The position numbers and the translations under genes were made by a program. Of a stretch of DNA of 64,000 bases, positions 20,001 through 28,189 are shown in pieces (positions within the stretch are counted from its first letter, which is position 1; each line of letters opens with the position of its first letter). Below the pieces are notes generated by a model. The model was not told the origin of the DNA. It worked only from the letters and a program-made list of their open reading frames with translations, and searched no databases. The stretch is from Oligoflexia bacterium (lineage in GTDB: Bacteria > Bdellovibrionota_G > JANQFH01): the NCBI GenBank assembly GCA_028277945.1, contig JANQFH010000008.1, forward strand, positions 128,742-192,741. The letters are read 5' to 3'.

Positions 20001-23000
20001 GACGAGGCGCAGCAGTTGCGGATCGTCGTAGCGTCGCAACACTTCGGTCCATAACGCCGGCTCCGCTTTCTGGTAGGTGTCAGCAAGATGGCGTACTAAG
20101 TTGCTTTCACTGCTGTTGTGGTGGTGTGCTAGCAGTTGCAAACAGCGACGCAGCGCCGTCTCATGCCGGTCTCGATAGGCCTCTTCAAAGAGAGCGAAGA
20201 GATCGGTGACAATGGTCTCAGCTGCTATAGGGGGCTCAGCATCCTGACCACCGACAGCCAAGACCTCAACAACGGTTAGAACTGCCAAGCGGTAGCGCCA
20301 CAACAGTGCGTGGGGTTGTTGTAATGCCTCTCTAAAGGTGACTTGTCGTTGAAAGGGTAGGGCGGCCACGAGATCCGTCCAGCGATCATAATTGTCAGGC
20401 TGTGTGCGCAAGCTCTGCCAAAGATCGTGTAGCTGCGTAGGTGATGGGTGCAGCCCTTGTAACCTCCTATCAACGTTTGCTACATCATCATCTGGACTAT
20501 CCGCATGAAAGGCCTCAGCTCGAGCGTTCAGCTCTTGCAGATTGCGGTAACGCTCTCTAAGCGAGCGGCTCTCATCCAGCACCCCTTCCCAGAGAGTTGC
20601 TGCATCAACACTCGCCCTTGCTCTTCCGCTCCCCCAAAAGTCTAACGCTCCTCTGCGTTGCTGGTTTGCGCCTACCGGGGTCAAACCCCGACGCTGACGT
20701 GGATCGGCTGGCGCTGGCTGCAAACCAAAGTCGTCCATCTGCTGGGCGACCGTAGCGTGCAGCTCAGCATGCGGATTTGCAGACCAGCCATTCGGCGGTG
20801 CAGACCAACGATGCACAGCGTGTAAAAGAATGGTGATGAGCTCACGAATGAGTGGATTTTCCGCATTAGAGTGGCGATTTAAGGTGCCTCTTCCTATGAG
20901 CTCAAAGACTAGTCTGGCTTGAGCTGTCAGCCGCGGATCACCTGGTGGCGAGTTACGAAAGCCCTCCACCAATCCCAACAGTGCCAAAGCTTGGTCCCAA
21001 GTGGACTCAGCCTCACCAATCTCAGTTAGAACACGCCGCATTGCGTGTGGGTCTCGAGCCTCAGGACCGTTCATCTGCGTGAGGTTCACCTGGCCGTTTC
21101 TGACCATGTCACAGGCGTGTTGCAGCAGAGCTGCGGCGGTTTCTCGTATAGGCGTCTCGGCTTCGCCCATCCCATTGAGAGTTACTGCTGCTGTTAGCCA
21201 ATCACCCGCAAGTATCGGAGTTCCATGGAGATGTGCCTCTAGCAGTCGCCTTATTGATGGCTGCTGCTCAAGCTGCAGCTGGAGAGTCTGAACCGTCCAG
21301 TTAAAAACATGTTCAGCACGGAAGTCGCTACCATCCGTTGCTGCGACAAACTCATCTACTCTTGCCAAAAAGTCCGTGGCAGACCATTGCGCCACCAGGG
21401 CACTGCGTACTGAGCGGGTACTATCGCCACTTGGCGTTTCCATAACAAGGCTAGCATCATGGTAGCGTCCTATAGTGTGAATAAGATCGAGCGCTGCATC
21501 GGCAGCCTCGAGATGACCACCCTGCACCGCGTGCGAGAATAGTCGCAAAATAGGTCCGGGGCTGACGATCTCAGTAACATGCTCTGGTGCATAAAATCCA
21601 TGTGCCGCCCAGCTACGTAACAAGTGTAATTGTTCTGTAGCCAGCGGCCAATGCATGGCCGCACGAGAGCCGCCACTCTCCAGCGCATCACAGCTGTCGG
21701 CAAGTTGGGCAATGAAGAGATCTCCGTAGTGCTGTACCAGATTGATGTAAGCAACAGCAATTTCCAGCTGTCTAAAATTGTAAGCTCCCTGAAGGGACCT
21801 CAATCTTCTTAGTGCTTCACGACGCTCGGCTACGGGAAGGATAGTATCAAGGGCCTGGCGTAACAGCTGTTCGGTCTCTGCAACCATCGGTCCCACACCG
21901 TCAACGTAGCTAAGATCCACTGGAGGTGTGTAGCCACGCAGCAACGGTGCTCCTACTCTTTGCAACGGTTCAGAGCCACCTCCACTAGCATCACTCGCTG
22001 CCACAGCTTGTTCTAAGCCATGGTGGGTGAGCATACGTACTAGGGGATGGTTATGTTGCAAGAGTGTTGCGATTCTGCCTTCACTTAAGGCAGAGTCATA
22101 GGACCGCTGCATCTCATTAGCACTGTTTGGATCAAGAACGTCGTCAACCAAACCACAACGATAAAACAAAAGTGCCGTAGCAAGATCTTGTACACTCTCT
22201 CCTTCAAGCAAAGCGCTCCGAAATCGACCATCCGTCACATAAGCGTTGGCATTAAACTTTCCCTCCACCGTAGCCGCCACCACCTCAAGACGACCAAGCT
22301 CGTCTGTGTTGAGCAACCGCTGTACCACGTCCAAAGCGAGCTCAAAGTCCGGTGCTGCGGAATCGGTAGCTGCAAGCTCCATAAGCAGCTTGCCATACTG
22401 GTCCAGTGCATACGGATCTTGTCCTCCGTGCATGGCATGAATCTCCGTAGCGTTCTGGCGCAGCGGGCTCGCCTCACTCCATAGGCTAAGCTCTGTTGCT
22501 GGCTCCGACTGTGGAGGAGCTCCCTCCACTGCGTAGATGGCTGCTTGCGCCCGGGCGCGCATGTTGAGGTCTCCATGTCTTAGAAGATTTTCTAGAAACC
22601 CACGAAAAGGCGTATCGGGGTTAGAACTATAGCGTGCTGCATAGGCAGTTTGTAACCAACCGCTCCTCAGCAGAAAGTCTTGACGCTGGTCTGCTAGGTT
22701 AGCGATCTCCGGCGGCCCATGCCGTGTGCCTAATGCGCCTAAGCCGTACAGGGTCTGCAGCGCCATATCGGCCAACGGGGTGTCACGGGAGTGCTGCGCT
22801 ATTGCCACCAATTCCCCTTGTGGATATTTGCTAGTTGGCTCCAGGAGTGTTGCAGCAATATCGATAAAAGGCTGACGAACTTCAGCGGGATCTCTACTAT
22901 CAGAAGAATCTCTCCTAAATACCACCCGCGTCAGCGTGTCATCCCACATCGCCTCCTGGTACCAACACCAACGGAACAACCCCAGAAGCTCCTCGCGCAC

Positions 23001-23738
23001 TAAAGCCTCTCTGTTTGTTCGCCACATCCGCTCCCAGCTGCCGGATTCAACGAGTTCTTGGTAAATGAACAAGAGAGGATAGTGGGAGCGGGAGTTTTGT
23101 GGAGCGCGCCTCTGCCCCAGCACGCCTAATAGCGTGCGTACGGCGCCTTGGTGGCGCTGCCCTGCCGCAACTTGCAGCACTTCCCCGAGACGCCGCAGGG
23201 CATCTGCTTCACCAAATACATTGGGCGATAATTCCTCACGGGCTAATCTTTCTAAACTATTTACCACTGCCAACATCAGACGCCACTGCGCGGCCGGTCT
23301 TCGCGTAACAAACGGCGACGTGCCAAAGAAATCAGCGATGGTAATTCGACCTCGAAGCAATGCGTGCAGATCTTGTTCGAATGTTTGCAGACTGGTGTCC
23401 TCGACGCGCAAAGGAGTGATCAGGTCCGCCAGCCAATTAGCTCTGCTGCCTATATGGAAACGTGTTCTTGCTGCTTCTAGATTGGTGGTCCCCACCCGTT
23501 CTCGGTGGAAGTCGGTGATCAGCGAGTCAACAAAGCCCTCTAAGGCTATGGCGCGCTCATCCGGTGGCAGGTTTGCATCAATCACCTGCTGCCAGAGGCG
23601 TTCACGTTCAGCTTGTGCAGTCTGCGCACCTGACTGCGCTTGCGCGGCAGGGCTGAATAGGAGTCCGGCAAGCAAGGCTAGCAGTGGCAACAAGCGTCGT
23701 CTGCCGGGCCAATCTCGATTACGTTGGTAAGCTGTCAT
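14031..23738 (-). CDS. Giant 3235-aa exported alpha-helical repeat (HEAT/ARM-like) protein with internal large-scale duplications and a conserved C-terminal domain shared with 3376-6477
   Basis: Single 9.7-kb ORF. N-terminal signal peptide LLPLLALLAGLLFSPAAQAQ. Internal repeats, e.g. STWDQALALLGLVEGFRNSPPGDPRLTAQARLVFELIGRGTLNRHSNAENPLIRELITILLHAV versus VSVWDRALALLALDRSLRDERLEPQAIVSPASLMVQALANSGSLDRHANSASPLIRRLARQLL. C-terminus ..VTYHKVLWQR..LEDAALLRDLTRLLALFFSTDQGRPL..AEAGRQI..IRVR. Confidence 0.75.
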   Translation of the reverse strand: MTAYQRNRDWPGRRRLLPLLALLAGLLFSPAAQAQSGAQTAQAERERLWQQVIDANLPPDERAIALEGFVDSLITDFHRERVGTTNLEAARTRFHIGSRANWLADLITPLRVEDTSLQTFEQDLHALLRGRITIADFFGTSPFVTRRPAAQWRLMLAVVNSLERLAREELSPNVFGEADALRRLGEVLQVAAGQRHQGAVRTLLGVLGQRRAPQNSRSHYPLLFIYQELVESGSWERMWRTNREALVREELLGLFRWCWYQEAMWDDTLTRVVFRRDSSDSRDPAEVRQPFIDIAATLLEPTSKYPQGELVAIAQHSRDTPLADMALQTLYGLGALGTRHGPPEIANLADQRQDFLLRSGWLQTAYAARYSSNPDTPFRGFLENLLRHGDLNMRARAQAAIYAVEGAPPQSEPATELSLWSEASPLRQNATEIHAMHGGQDPYALDQYGKLLMELAATDSAAPDFELALDVVQRLLNTDELGRLEVVAATVEGKFNANAYVTDGRFRSALLEGESVQDLATALLFYRCGLVDDVLDPNSANEMQRSYDSALSEGRIATLLQHNHPLVRMLTHHGLEQAVAASDASGGGSEPLQRVGAPLLRGYTPPVDLSYVDGVGPMVAETEQLLRQALDTILPVAERREALRRLRSLQGAYNFRQLEIAVAYINLVQHYGDLFIAQLADSCDALESGGSRAAMHWPLATEQLHLLRSWAAHGFYAPEHVTEIVSPGPILRLFSHAVQGGHLEAADAALDLIHTIGRYHDASLVMETPSGDSTRSVRSALVAQWSATDFLARVDEFVAATDGSDFRAEHVFNWTVQTLQLQLEQQPSIRRLLEAHLHGTPILAGDWLTAAVTLNGMGEAETPIRETAAALLQHACDMVRNGQVNLTQMNGPEARDPHAMRRVLTEIGEAESTWDQALALLGLVEGFRNSPPGDPRLTAQARLVFELIGRGTLNRHSNAENPLIRELITILLHAVHRWSAPPNGWSANPHAELHATVAQQMDDFGLQPAPADPRQRRGLTPVGANQQRRGALDFWGSGRARASVDAATLWEGVLDESRSLRERYRNLQELNARAEAFHADSPDDDVANVDRRLQGLHPSPTQLHDLWQSLRTQPDNYDRWTDLVAALPFQRQVTFREALQQPHALLWRYRLAVLTVVEVLAVGGQDAEPPIAAETIVTDLFALFEEAYRDRHETALRRCLQLLAHHHNSSESNLVRHLADTYQKAEPALWTEVLRRYDDPQLLRLVLEAILWSYSPAVERATSETDGPSTDVSVTSIHGLASRLLAPYTDAEPSGPSLLEHLAQSSDGELADAARHCLIAIYRGNVVGVDARQQQRARTMFLAVAEARGDTGHDITDMIWFQREAAAVSQNQIRNGAESQKPSLHNLVVEAQQLLGRGEDAWQENPELFYELLISLAMSESGSFSYRVGLQTIFEAFERNIPLESVFLKPDSGALDRQEFGLVVERVLTTSYRLTESYSGSAKAPAGETRELVGFLLVLRYALLNPDVSHVATEQAHGIFSESIRSGGRFTTWNTPDKNRLLRLLALRLALDGVEIYDGAVRTNCQTFLDNYFPPTEIRYLTKHRLNPDPGTAHPQQQTALWFATMLDESLPTAQRLEAMRAFYFSEDRTWRYAEGANAALWPMRQFLQRCLAAPTATQQPSAEDLEIATAMVELLTTWIHGGQVVAEELVDLLSPGPLLAIETTLLEENPKLAEAVLTLIHAALSNGDDALVRGSGLSVREATLARLSRTGSFARIGSLVKAEAPGDYVQLALDILNLAWFYDVELHAELLPIYAGFFRGERFAGMLTSPYDRETTVRLLEAVANFRAAIAGSGQHAEAASRLEEALATWRDGEGFRAFLADVLDELEPPQTDARAGTSDPALHAELMALSFPEGSRMLAVLAEALTTGEPPNQHSISLREIAMKLMSDLELIDILFTTAGRLQDPTREALFVRANNSMVFLRAWMQLESMTPTMRVVRKDAQGIEPKEYLESVVFCIEELQSLLVRILRRSGHAALADGGGEVNLSPMLMEAQRLLQAMSGDEQARSTSPLAPREETTELPLVNHKLTPSEHMAARPGNQDGLQRLAYATLGVNVVLLILDDRILTDLETRERQEPHAHEDWLRWMMLLNLAIVDPDLPEDVRMRAAQQLHYLCERAVNVGSVVSQAQAEEMVESRQAAHHLRGEDVSVWDRALALLALDRSLRDERLEPQAIVSPASLMVQALANSGSLDRHANSASPLIRRLARQLLDTANRCVQLPDGPPPFTENIRGLVAFETDIQAAMERVGMRPTGHDPGLRANLDPPRHPSRGGHTILPWGGGGNRQQESERNAKTPDDWLWQTLETATHDTNSAHRQGALRSLRTDDAMQALLKLSNHPQVASYRQLALTLAQRVADPAYDWAIERLEITRALFFWELNGCESVQMAYATVTESLITIIERQSADSPNALQLLWNLAFSREWLKELGFEPGEWIAARGTFADDTMDSLFQIYLSNIRARVTNGLASLLATERVGYEAMQASYDRGDYGSAMRIWLVLQGLALAPGDTEARQSATAELDRIDRENLHVDLLASIAADDVRYSSLRPEITHWLLALQQIVQRCQSSPTEQPSYLELLRTQATPLFVTEGLAARLFASLSDTAKLAAYHITTFFAGRPPGEANQQEAVQVLESVNAEARTRLGSQLQLPLGSHTTGLRAPPTKRDIGWLRYGITTVPPYSKHVTPTQRSAAWDASRRRCDVFVSLPDKIFVNPPDAGEAQSDYLQTYLKHAWGDPDVEYRDSASRHLRELAQHGRNPLANFVRQSGDSRLTALALETLIFSLGTDDSDSAWSQLTAALLHWTDLSQGADEPPLAAISAARLLARHSPLEQQREIGMRVLSGVYERHSAQRAATPNTTINPGNAYSAIAMKLRSYSEWSTVAEILDAIFLVALEAPDARSRAGALSDLYAMIHFDDPSTGGSFSLFQHGLKHAISEVQVSSLFTYYLVANHVDLFDADTVAEFLQLWNHGQDSRDVHGFVLDQLGEFYQSQQRGGESLQPVDTIELPELLWLEQLARQIVDHFRSDRNPRLNPRTSALRHAQQLQARIQQIRANQQAVEEATAILVTYHKVLWQRKADGTLEDAALLRDLTRLLALFFSTDQGRPLVMQYAHPLDEEPEPLEGRLGRAEAGRQIARDYSQTRLQQLLSSGQFTAHLPAAGIRDNQIGPAMQVVGKLTTFNPSALTSIVQRAQAVSIRVR

Positions 23739-23918
23739 AATCTAAGCTGTTTTCTCTAATGCACCAACCGGTGAGATTGCAACCGCCATACCAACCTTAC
23801 GTTTATAACAGGTTGATAATAGTGGATTTTTCCATTCTTGTTGGACTCAATTGTGGGCAAAGTGAGACATTCTGTCCCCTGACTGGGTCTACGGCTTCTC
23901 AGAGGCAATGGTGTATTA

Positions 23919-25133
23919 TTAGTGCTGCGGCCATTCGTTTATGAGAAGCGTTTGCTCTAAACCCACCTTGTTGGCTAATTCAGCATCAAGATCGAGGATA
24001 TCGACGACAGTTAGGTCAAGCCAATGTTTCTCTCTTGGAGAGATTTTGTAGAGAATTTCCAGCAGCAGCGGCAGTTCATAGGCAAAGGCGTTGCGGTATT
24101 CTCGAAAGCCATTGGTATAACAAAAGCGTACCACTCGATCTGTTTTGTCCGCATCGGTGGCATCTTCTTTCGGTTTCTCTAGTTTGGAAAACCCCTCTTG
24201 TGCGAGTTTGATGTGACACGCCCTGCCTCTTTCTATGTACCACTCTATTTTCCTCTTGATCACATTTACGACTCGTTCACGTAGCGTAACTGGAAGTGCG
24301 TGCGCCCGTGCCACTACCCAGCTCAACTGGGTAACCGAGGGCAGCTCAGCAGAGTAGAACTCTATGGTGTGGTGGCGAATGGTTTGGGTAAGCTCTAACT
24401 CTGCCTGTAGGTAAGCCTCTTGCTCTTCGTCTATAAGTGCTAGTGTGACCATTGTCGTAGATCGGCTGCCATTTGCAAAGTTACTATTATCGAAGCTTGC
24501 AGCGCTGAGCTCGAGAGGTGCCGCGTACACCAGATGTTTATGACCTTCTTCATTCTCGAAACGTGGGTTGACAATAGAAGGGCCTCCTTGCAACTCACCG
24601 TTAGGCAGAACATCGGTAAGGGGTGGAACGGCTATCTTTTTGTCTCCATCTTTTTTTTCGTAATCGCTGACAATGAAAACCGCAGAGAGGGGCCTCTTCG
24701 CGCCATAGACAAAGAGCTCCGTAAGGTCGACGATTTTAACCGGTACAGTTTTCCAAGACTCAAAGAGCATATCCCATCGTTGTCGGCGATAGGCATAGAA
24801 ATCTTTTTTCAATAGCGGCTGTGGTTTGCTTAAATCTTTGATAGAGCAAGGTTCCAGGCAATCATGGGGTCCCAAAAAGGCGATGTCCACCTTCATAGGT
24901 TTTTTACCATCTCCAAGTAGGAGAGCTGGATGGTCAAATACGGCCAACTCTCGTAGCGCTGCGGTGTACTCAGGAACGGCTAATGTGAGAGTGCCATTCT
25001 CCTCATCACTCTTAATCGTGTAGGTTTGGAGTTGTGCGGTGGCAGTTGCAGAGCCTGTCCATGCCACCAGGAGTATTGCAAAAATGATCCATCTTCTCGG
25101 CCAGTTAGGCTGTGTGGCTCTGTGGTGTGGCAT
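23919..25133 (-). CDS. Hypothetical exported protein (404 aa)
   Basis: ORF with N-terminal signal peptide WIIFAILLVAWTGSATATAQ; no recognisable catalytic motif. Confidence 0.5.
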   Translation of the reverse strand: MPHHRATQPNWPRRWIIFAILLVAWTGSATATAQLQTYTIKSDEENGTLTLAVPEYTAALRELAVFDHPALLLGDGKKPMKVDIAFLGPHDCLEPCSIKDLSKPQPLLKKDFYAYRRQRWDMLFESWKTVPVKIVDLTELFVYGAKRPLSAVFIVSDYEKKDGDKKIAVPPLTDVLPNGELQGGPSIVNPRFENEEGHKHLVYAAPLELSAASFDNSNFANGSRSTTMVTLALIDEEQEAYLQAELELTQTIRHHTIEFYSAELPSVTQLSWVVARAHALPVTLRERVVNVIKRKIEWYIERGRACHIKLAQEGFSKLEKPKEDATDADKTDRVVRFCYTNGFREYRNAFAYELPLLLEILYKISPREKHWLDLTVVDILDLDAELANKVGLEQTLLINEWPQH

Positions 25134-25462
25134 GGCTGGTCGGTGCCATATAAGCGCAAATAATGCACAACGTCAATCATTATTCAATCTAAGCCAATTT
25201 GAACACGGCACTGCCTCTTCAGATCCGTCTGCAACAAAGCAGCTGATCTCGGCTCTAGAGTCTGACTACATCATTGATGCTGAGGTTGTTGCCGATGCTA
25301 TTCAGCGTGGAAAGACCTTCCAGGCTTTAGATAAAAGCACGTTGATAAAGATTAATTTCTACTAAAAAGCTTGATGTTGGCTATCTTGAGAAAACCGCCG
25401 ATTTATTAGGGGTTGCAGGTCTGTTTCAGGAGTTCTCTCGGCAAGTCAAGAGCTAGACACTC

Positions 25463-26203
25463 TTAGCGGACAATGGTATCCATTCCCAAATAACGGCCAT
25501 CTTTATTGCTATACCATCGACGCACCTTTGGTAGGCGGATTTTTCCAACGAGTGCCTCTTCATGTAGGATTACGTACTCTCCATCCTTATCTACTTCGTC
25601 TTTATAGTAACGGTAGCCTATAAGTGCATGATCTGTCGGATCAAAATAGAAGTACCAGGTGTGATCACCTACCTCTTTATCATAGGTAACTCGTAGTTCT
25701 AGTGCCTCTCGGTTATTGAAGTCGGTCTTAACCAGCTTCTCGGCAAACCGTGCCCCTTCATCCAAGAGCTTCATAGGCATGCCGTAGAGGTAGAGATAGT
25801 AGTTGCGTAGCCAAAGGGCGCGGTCTCTTTTGAGGTAGTACTGCTTAGCTTCTGCCGCGGTGAATGTTACCGAACCATCCAGAAGGGTTTTAACGTTTTG
25901 TCCATCAATGTGGATCTCTATTTTGCGTCCGTCGCGCTCGGTGGTAAGTTCAAAAGTACCACGGCGATTATTAATGATGATAGAGGTAAACCGAGCGGCT
26001 TTCTGGGGACGCGACTCTTCAAGCTTGAAACTAAAGACACCTTGCTTCCAGACTGCTTGCGGATCATGATGGTCGATGGTTTTTGTTACTAACTTTTGCG
26101 GCGACAGAGGTTGAGTAACGCGCCAGCAGGACATACCGATAATAACTGCGGCTGGCATCATGATCGCGGCCACTATTTTGCTTATCTGACGTTGTAAATC
26201 CAT
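25463..26203 (-). CDS. Hypothetical exported/membrane-anchored protein (246 aa)
   Basis: ORF with N-terminal hydrophobic segment IVAAIMMPAAVIIGMSCW. Confidence 0.5.
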   Translation of the reverse strand: MDLQRQISKIVAAIMMPAAVIIGMSCWRVTQPLSPQKLVTKTIDHHDPQAVWKQGVFSFKLEESRPQKAARFTSIIINNRRGTFELTTERDGRKIEIHIDGQNVKTLLDGSVTFTAAEAKQYYLKRDRALWLRNYYLYLYGMPMKLLDEGARFAEKLVKTDFNNREALELRVTYDKEVGDHTWYFYFDPTDHALIGYRYYKDEVDKDGEYVILHEEALVGKIRLPKVRRWYSNKDGRYLGMDTIVR

Positions 26204-26369
26204 GCTCTAATGAGGTCTTTGAGCCAGTTTGGCCTGTAAAGATTCATTTTTCAATGGGTTTTCACAAAAGACTATCTTATTAACTCGCTTTGATTATTTC
26301 GTACAACTCCGTCTACTTGACAGATCAATCGCCGATTTGTTAGTAGTTGTAGTTGAGGATTGACACATC

Positions 26370-27782
26370 GTGGCATATCAACGCTTTTACCTTAGTGTTT
26401 CTCTACTGTTATCGACACTGCTCTTGTTGCCTTCCTATCCTCCTACAGCCAAGGCGCAGGAAAAAGCGCTCTACACCATTACAACGGATCCAGGCCTACT
26501 CGCTTTTGCACAAGAGTGTCTTGCCCTCCTCGACAATCTGAAGAGCACCGGCCCGCGACAGGACCGTGAAGATCCACATCTTATAGAGGACATTCAGCGA
26601 GTGGTACGTCTGCAGGCAGTGCGTCGGGTCTTTCGTGAGTATGTGGACGAGGGCAGGGAGGTGGTGTTTCCTTTTGAAAAGGTTCCCACGATTACTGAAC
26701 TCATCACCACCGGTAACTTAGAGATTGGCTGGATTGAAGGAGCAGCACCTGAGATCGGTGGCAAGATCCACGAGGTCGAGCCAGGCCACTACGTTCTTGG
26801 TATTGGGAGCAATCATCGAGAATATCTACAGGAGTATCGTCGTTCTCGAGCAGTTTGCGGCACGGTTTTACATGAGCTAACTCACCTTGGTCAGTACTTA
26901 CGCGGCAAGATGATCGGAGAAGTTAGTGACGATGCGCCTTTGAGTGACGAGTTGGCTGGCAGCTGGGAGCGACAGGCCTATGGTATTGAGACCCGTTTCT
27001 ATCGCTTTTACGGCATGGAACGTGATCAGACATCAAGTATGCACGTACTGATGATTACCGACACCTGGGATCGTTTTCGTTGGCAAGAAGAGAGTCAGCA
27101 TTGGAATAATCGCTGTCGTGGCAGCCTTGCTGTTCTTGATCCAGTCACAGACAGCTGTGATCAGTTGCAATTAGTCACTGATGACGAACAAGATGCAACG
27201 GAAACCTTAGTACAATTCATTGAGACACTTACCGAGCGTCTTCGGCAAGTTCATCACGGCCTCGTACAAGAGACGGTTCCCCCACTACAAACGGCCTTCT
27301 TGATCGTTGAAAGGGTTGGGCCAAAGATACAAGCAGTAGTCAACCGTGTAGCTGAAAAGGAGCTTACTGAAGAGGAGGAGCGAGCCCTTAGAGAGCTTGC
27401 TAATCTCTTTAATGGGGAGGTGCTTAAGGAAGCAAGGCGTAGGCTTACCCCCATCTACAGATGTGATGTTGTCAAACGTAATCTCTTTAAACGCCTTGAT
27501 GGCTGGGCAAAAAAAGATACCAATGCCGTGCGAGTTGCGCTGCTACGAACGGCCCTTGAGCACGCTGCAAGGTTGCGGATTAGCTGCACAGAGCAGGAGG
27601 TCGATAGGCCTCGTGCAGAAGATCTCTTTGAGCTAGAACCTCCCGAAGCCAAGGCCAGAAACGGCGTGCTTTATATCCGTGTACCCGTCTTTGCTGATTT
27701 AACCGATACCGAGCTCGACGAAGCAATCATCTTGGTAGCAAAGAGAGTCGAAGCTCTCAATCTCGTAACAAGACCCCAGTAG
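26370..27782 (+). CDS. Hypothetical exported protein (470 aa) carrying an HExxH motif (VLHELTHLGQ): candidate zinc metallopeptidase
   Basis: Signal peptide LLLSTLLLLPSYPPTAKAQ. Single HELTH motif; no further zincin signatures verified. Confidence 0.45.
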   Translation: MAYQRFYLSVSLLLSTLLLLPSYPPTAKAQEKALYTITTDPGLLAFAQECLALLDNLKSTGPRQDREDPHLIEDIQRVVRLQAVRRVFREYVDEGREVVFPFEKVPTITELITTGNLEIGWIEGAAPEIGGKIHEVEPGHYVLGIGSNHREYLQEYRRSRAVCGTVLHELTHLGQYLRGKMIGEVSDDAPLSDELAGSWERQAYGIETRFYRFYGMERDQTSSMHVLMITDTWDRFRWQEESQHWNNRCRGSLAVLDPVTDSCDQLQLVTDDEQDATETLVQFIETLTERLRQVHHGLVQETVPPLQTAFLIVERVGPKIQAVVNRVAEKELTEEEERALRELANLFNGEVLKEARRRLTPIYRCDVVKRNLFKRLDGWAKKDTNAVRVALLRTALEHAARLRISCTEQEVDRPRAEDLFELEPPEAKARNGVLYIRVPVFADLTDTELDEAIILVAKRVEALNLVTRPQ

Positions 27783-27943
27783 ATAGCAGATTGCCAACGC
27801 GTTGGAATTGGATCAGGGTTATAATACCTTGAAATTTAAGGAGAAAGCTTTCCAAAGAAGGCTATTGACATACTGCATCGAAAATAATAGATTGCGTCAA
27901 TCACAGTTGACGTATCGCATAAAAAGCAAGCGTCAGCTCTAGG

Positions 27944-28177
27944 GTGAGAGACAACACACTTTACAAAAGACATCCGGAGGAAACAACCATGTCAAAGCAA
28001 CCTCAACACCCATCCCATCCATTCTCCATGCATTGGCGAGTGCTGCTGGCTCTGCTAAGTTGTCTTGGCTTCGCATCGTTTGCCTCGGCAGCTGATGTAG
28101 GAAATACCTATGACCAGGTAGATACGTTTCCTAGTACTGAGGAAGCCACGGCACAGTATAGGCTAACAACAGAGTAA
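27944..28177 (+). CDS. Small secreted protein (likely start at MSKQ, 27989)
   Basis: Signal peptide VLLALLSCLGFASFASAADV. Short ORF in an intergenic gap, same strand as downstream gene. Confidence 0.35.
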   Translation: MRDNTLYKRHPEETTMSKQPQHPSHPFSMHWRVLLALLSCLGFASFASAADVGNTYDQVDTFPSTEEATAQYRLTTE

Positions 28178-28189
28178 GCGCGACGCTTT

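Noticed and set aside
25039-25365. 108-aa plus ORF in the 23919-25463 intergenic/overlap area
   Set aside because: Overlaps the 5' end of the 23919-25133 gene on the opposite strand and has no RBS or motif; probably spurious.
27790-27815. 12-nt perfect palindrome CCAACGCGTTGG after the 26370-27782 gene, considered as terminator
   Set aside because: No loop and no following T-tract; at best a protein-binding palindrome, not supportable as an intrinsic terminator.
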